Positions 63,641 through 64,000 of a DNA stretch of 64,000 bases are shown here, piece by piece (position 1 is the stretch's first letter; the number at the start of each line of letters is the position of its first letter). Source of the DNA: Vicugna vicugna (taxonomy: Eukaryota); assembly GCA_013265495.1 (NCBI GenBank), contig MU058065.1, positions 1,387,527-1,451,526 of the forward strand, in the 5' to 3' direction. Below the pieces are notes generated by a model that saw only the letters and a list, made by a program, of their open reading frames with translations, was not told the DNA's origin and ran no database searches. A program made the position numbers and the translations under genes.

Positions 63641-64000
63641 TCATTATATTTTGAATCTATTTTTTAAAATCTAGATTTTAAAAAAGGAAAACTATATACA
63701 ATATTGTTTTAAAGAAAGGGAAGACTGTTTATAATGTAATACATATACACATACATAATTTCTCAAGCTATTTTTCTAATTTTAATTGGGTGAAGAGATT
63801 ACTAGAAGGATTACTACTGGATGTTGATCATATTTGTTTCTGAGTAATGGATATTTTTACTTTATTTTCTTCTTTTTAATTATTTTTTCTTTTTCCTGTT
63901 TTTGGATGTTTCTGTATCACTTGACGATTTTACACTGATCATGTCATTTTTTTTTCCACTAAAGCAACAAAATTCTGTCTTATATTTTAAAAATAAGTTC

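Noticed and set aside
1..64000. A novel multi-gene or defence-type system, operon or CRISPR array
   Set aside because: The DNA is mammalian and repeat-laden. There is no long ORF, no repeat-spacer array and no compositionally foreign insert that I could see.

Overview
Mammalian (eutherian) genomic DNA: AT-rich, CpG-depleted, with no protein-coding gene, RNA gene or CRISPR array that I can support. Two tRNA-Ala-derived SINEs (Vic-1-like) and a young L1 3' end point to a camelid host; this is an inference. The window is a mosaic of decayed transposons: L1, L2, MIR, ERVL/MaLR LTRs, proviral remnants with gag, integrase and dUTPase fossils, and hAT/Tigger MITEs. Between them lie repeat-poor, motif-dense blocks that look like enhancers of a gene desert or large intron. 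The few ORF-track proteins I recognise are retroelement fossils. I found no convincing new biological system. The best leads are a pre-miRNA-like hairpin at 36772-36850, a twin-primed inverted L1, a TSD-flanked chimeric L1 3' end, nested insertions that can be ordered in time, several candidate regulatory modules and a few isolated candidate exons. Repeat subfamily names come from recalled consensus sequences, not from a database search, and boundaries of old elements are approximate.
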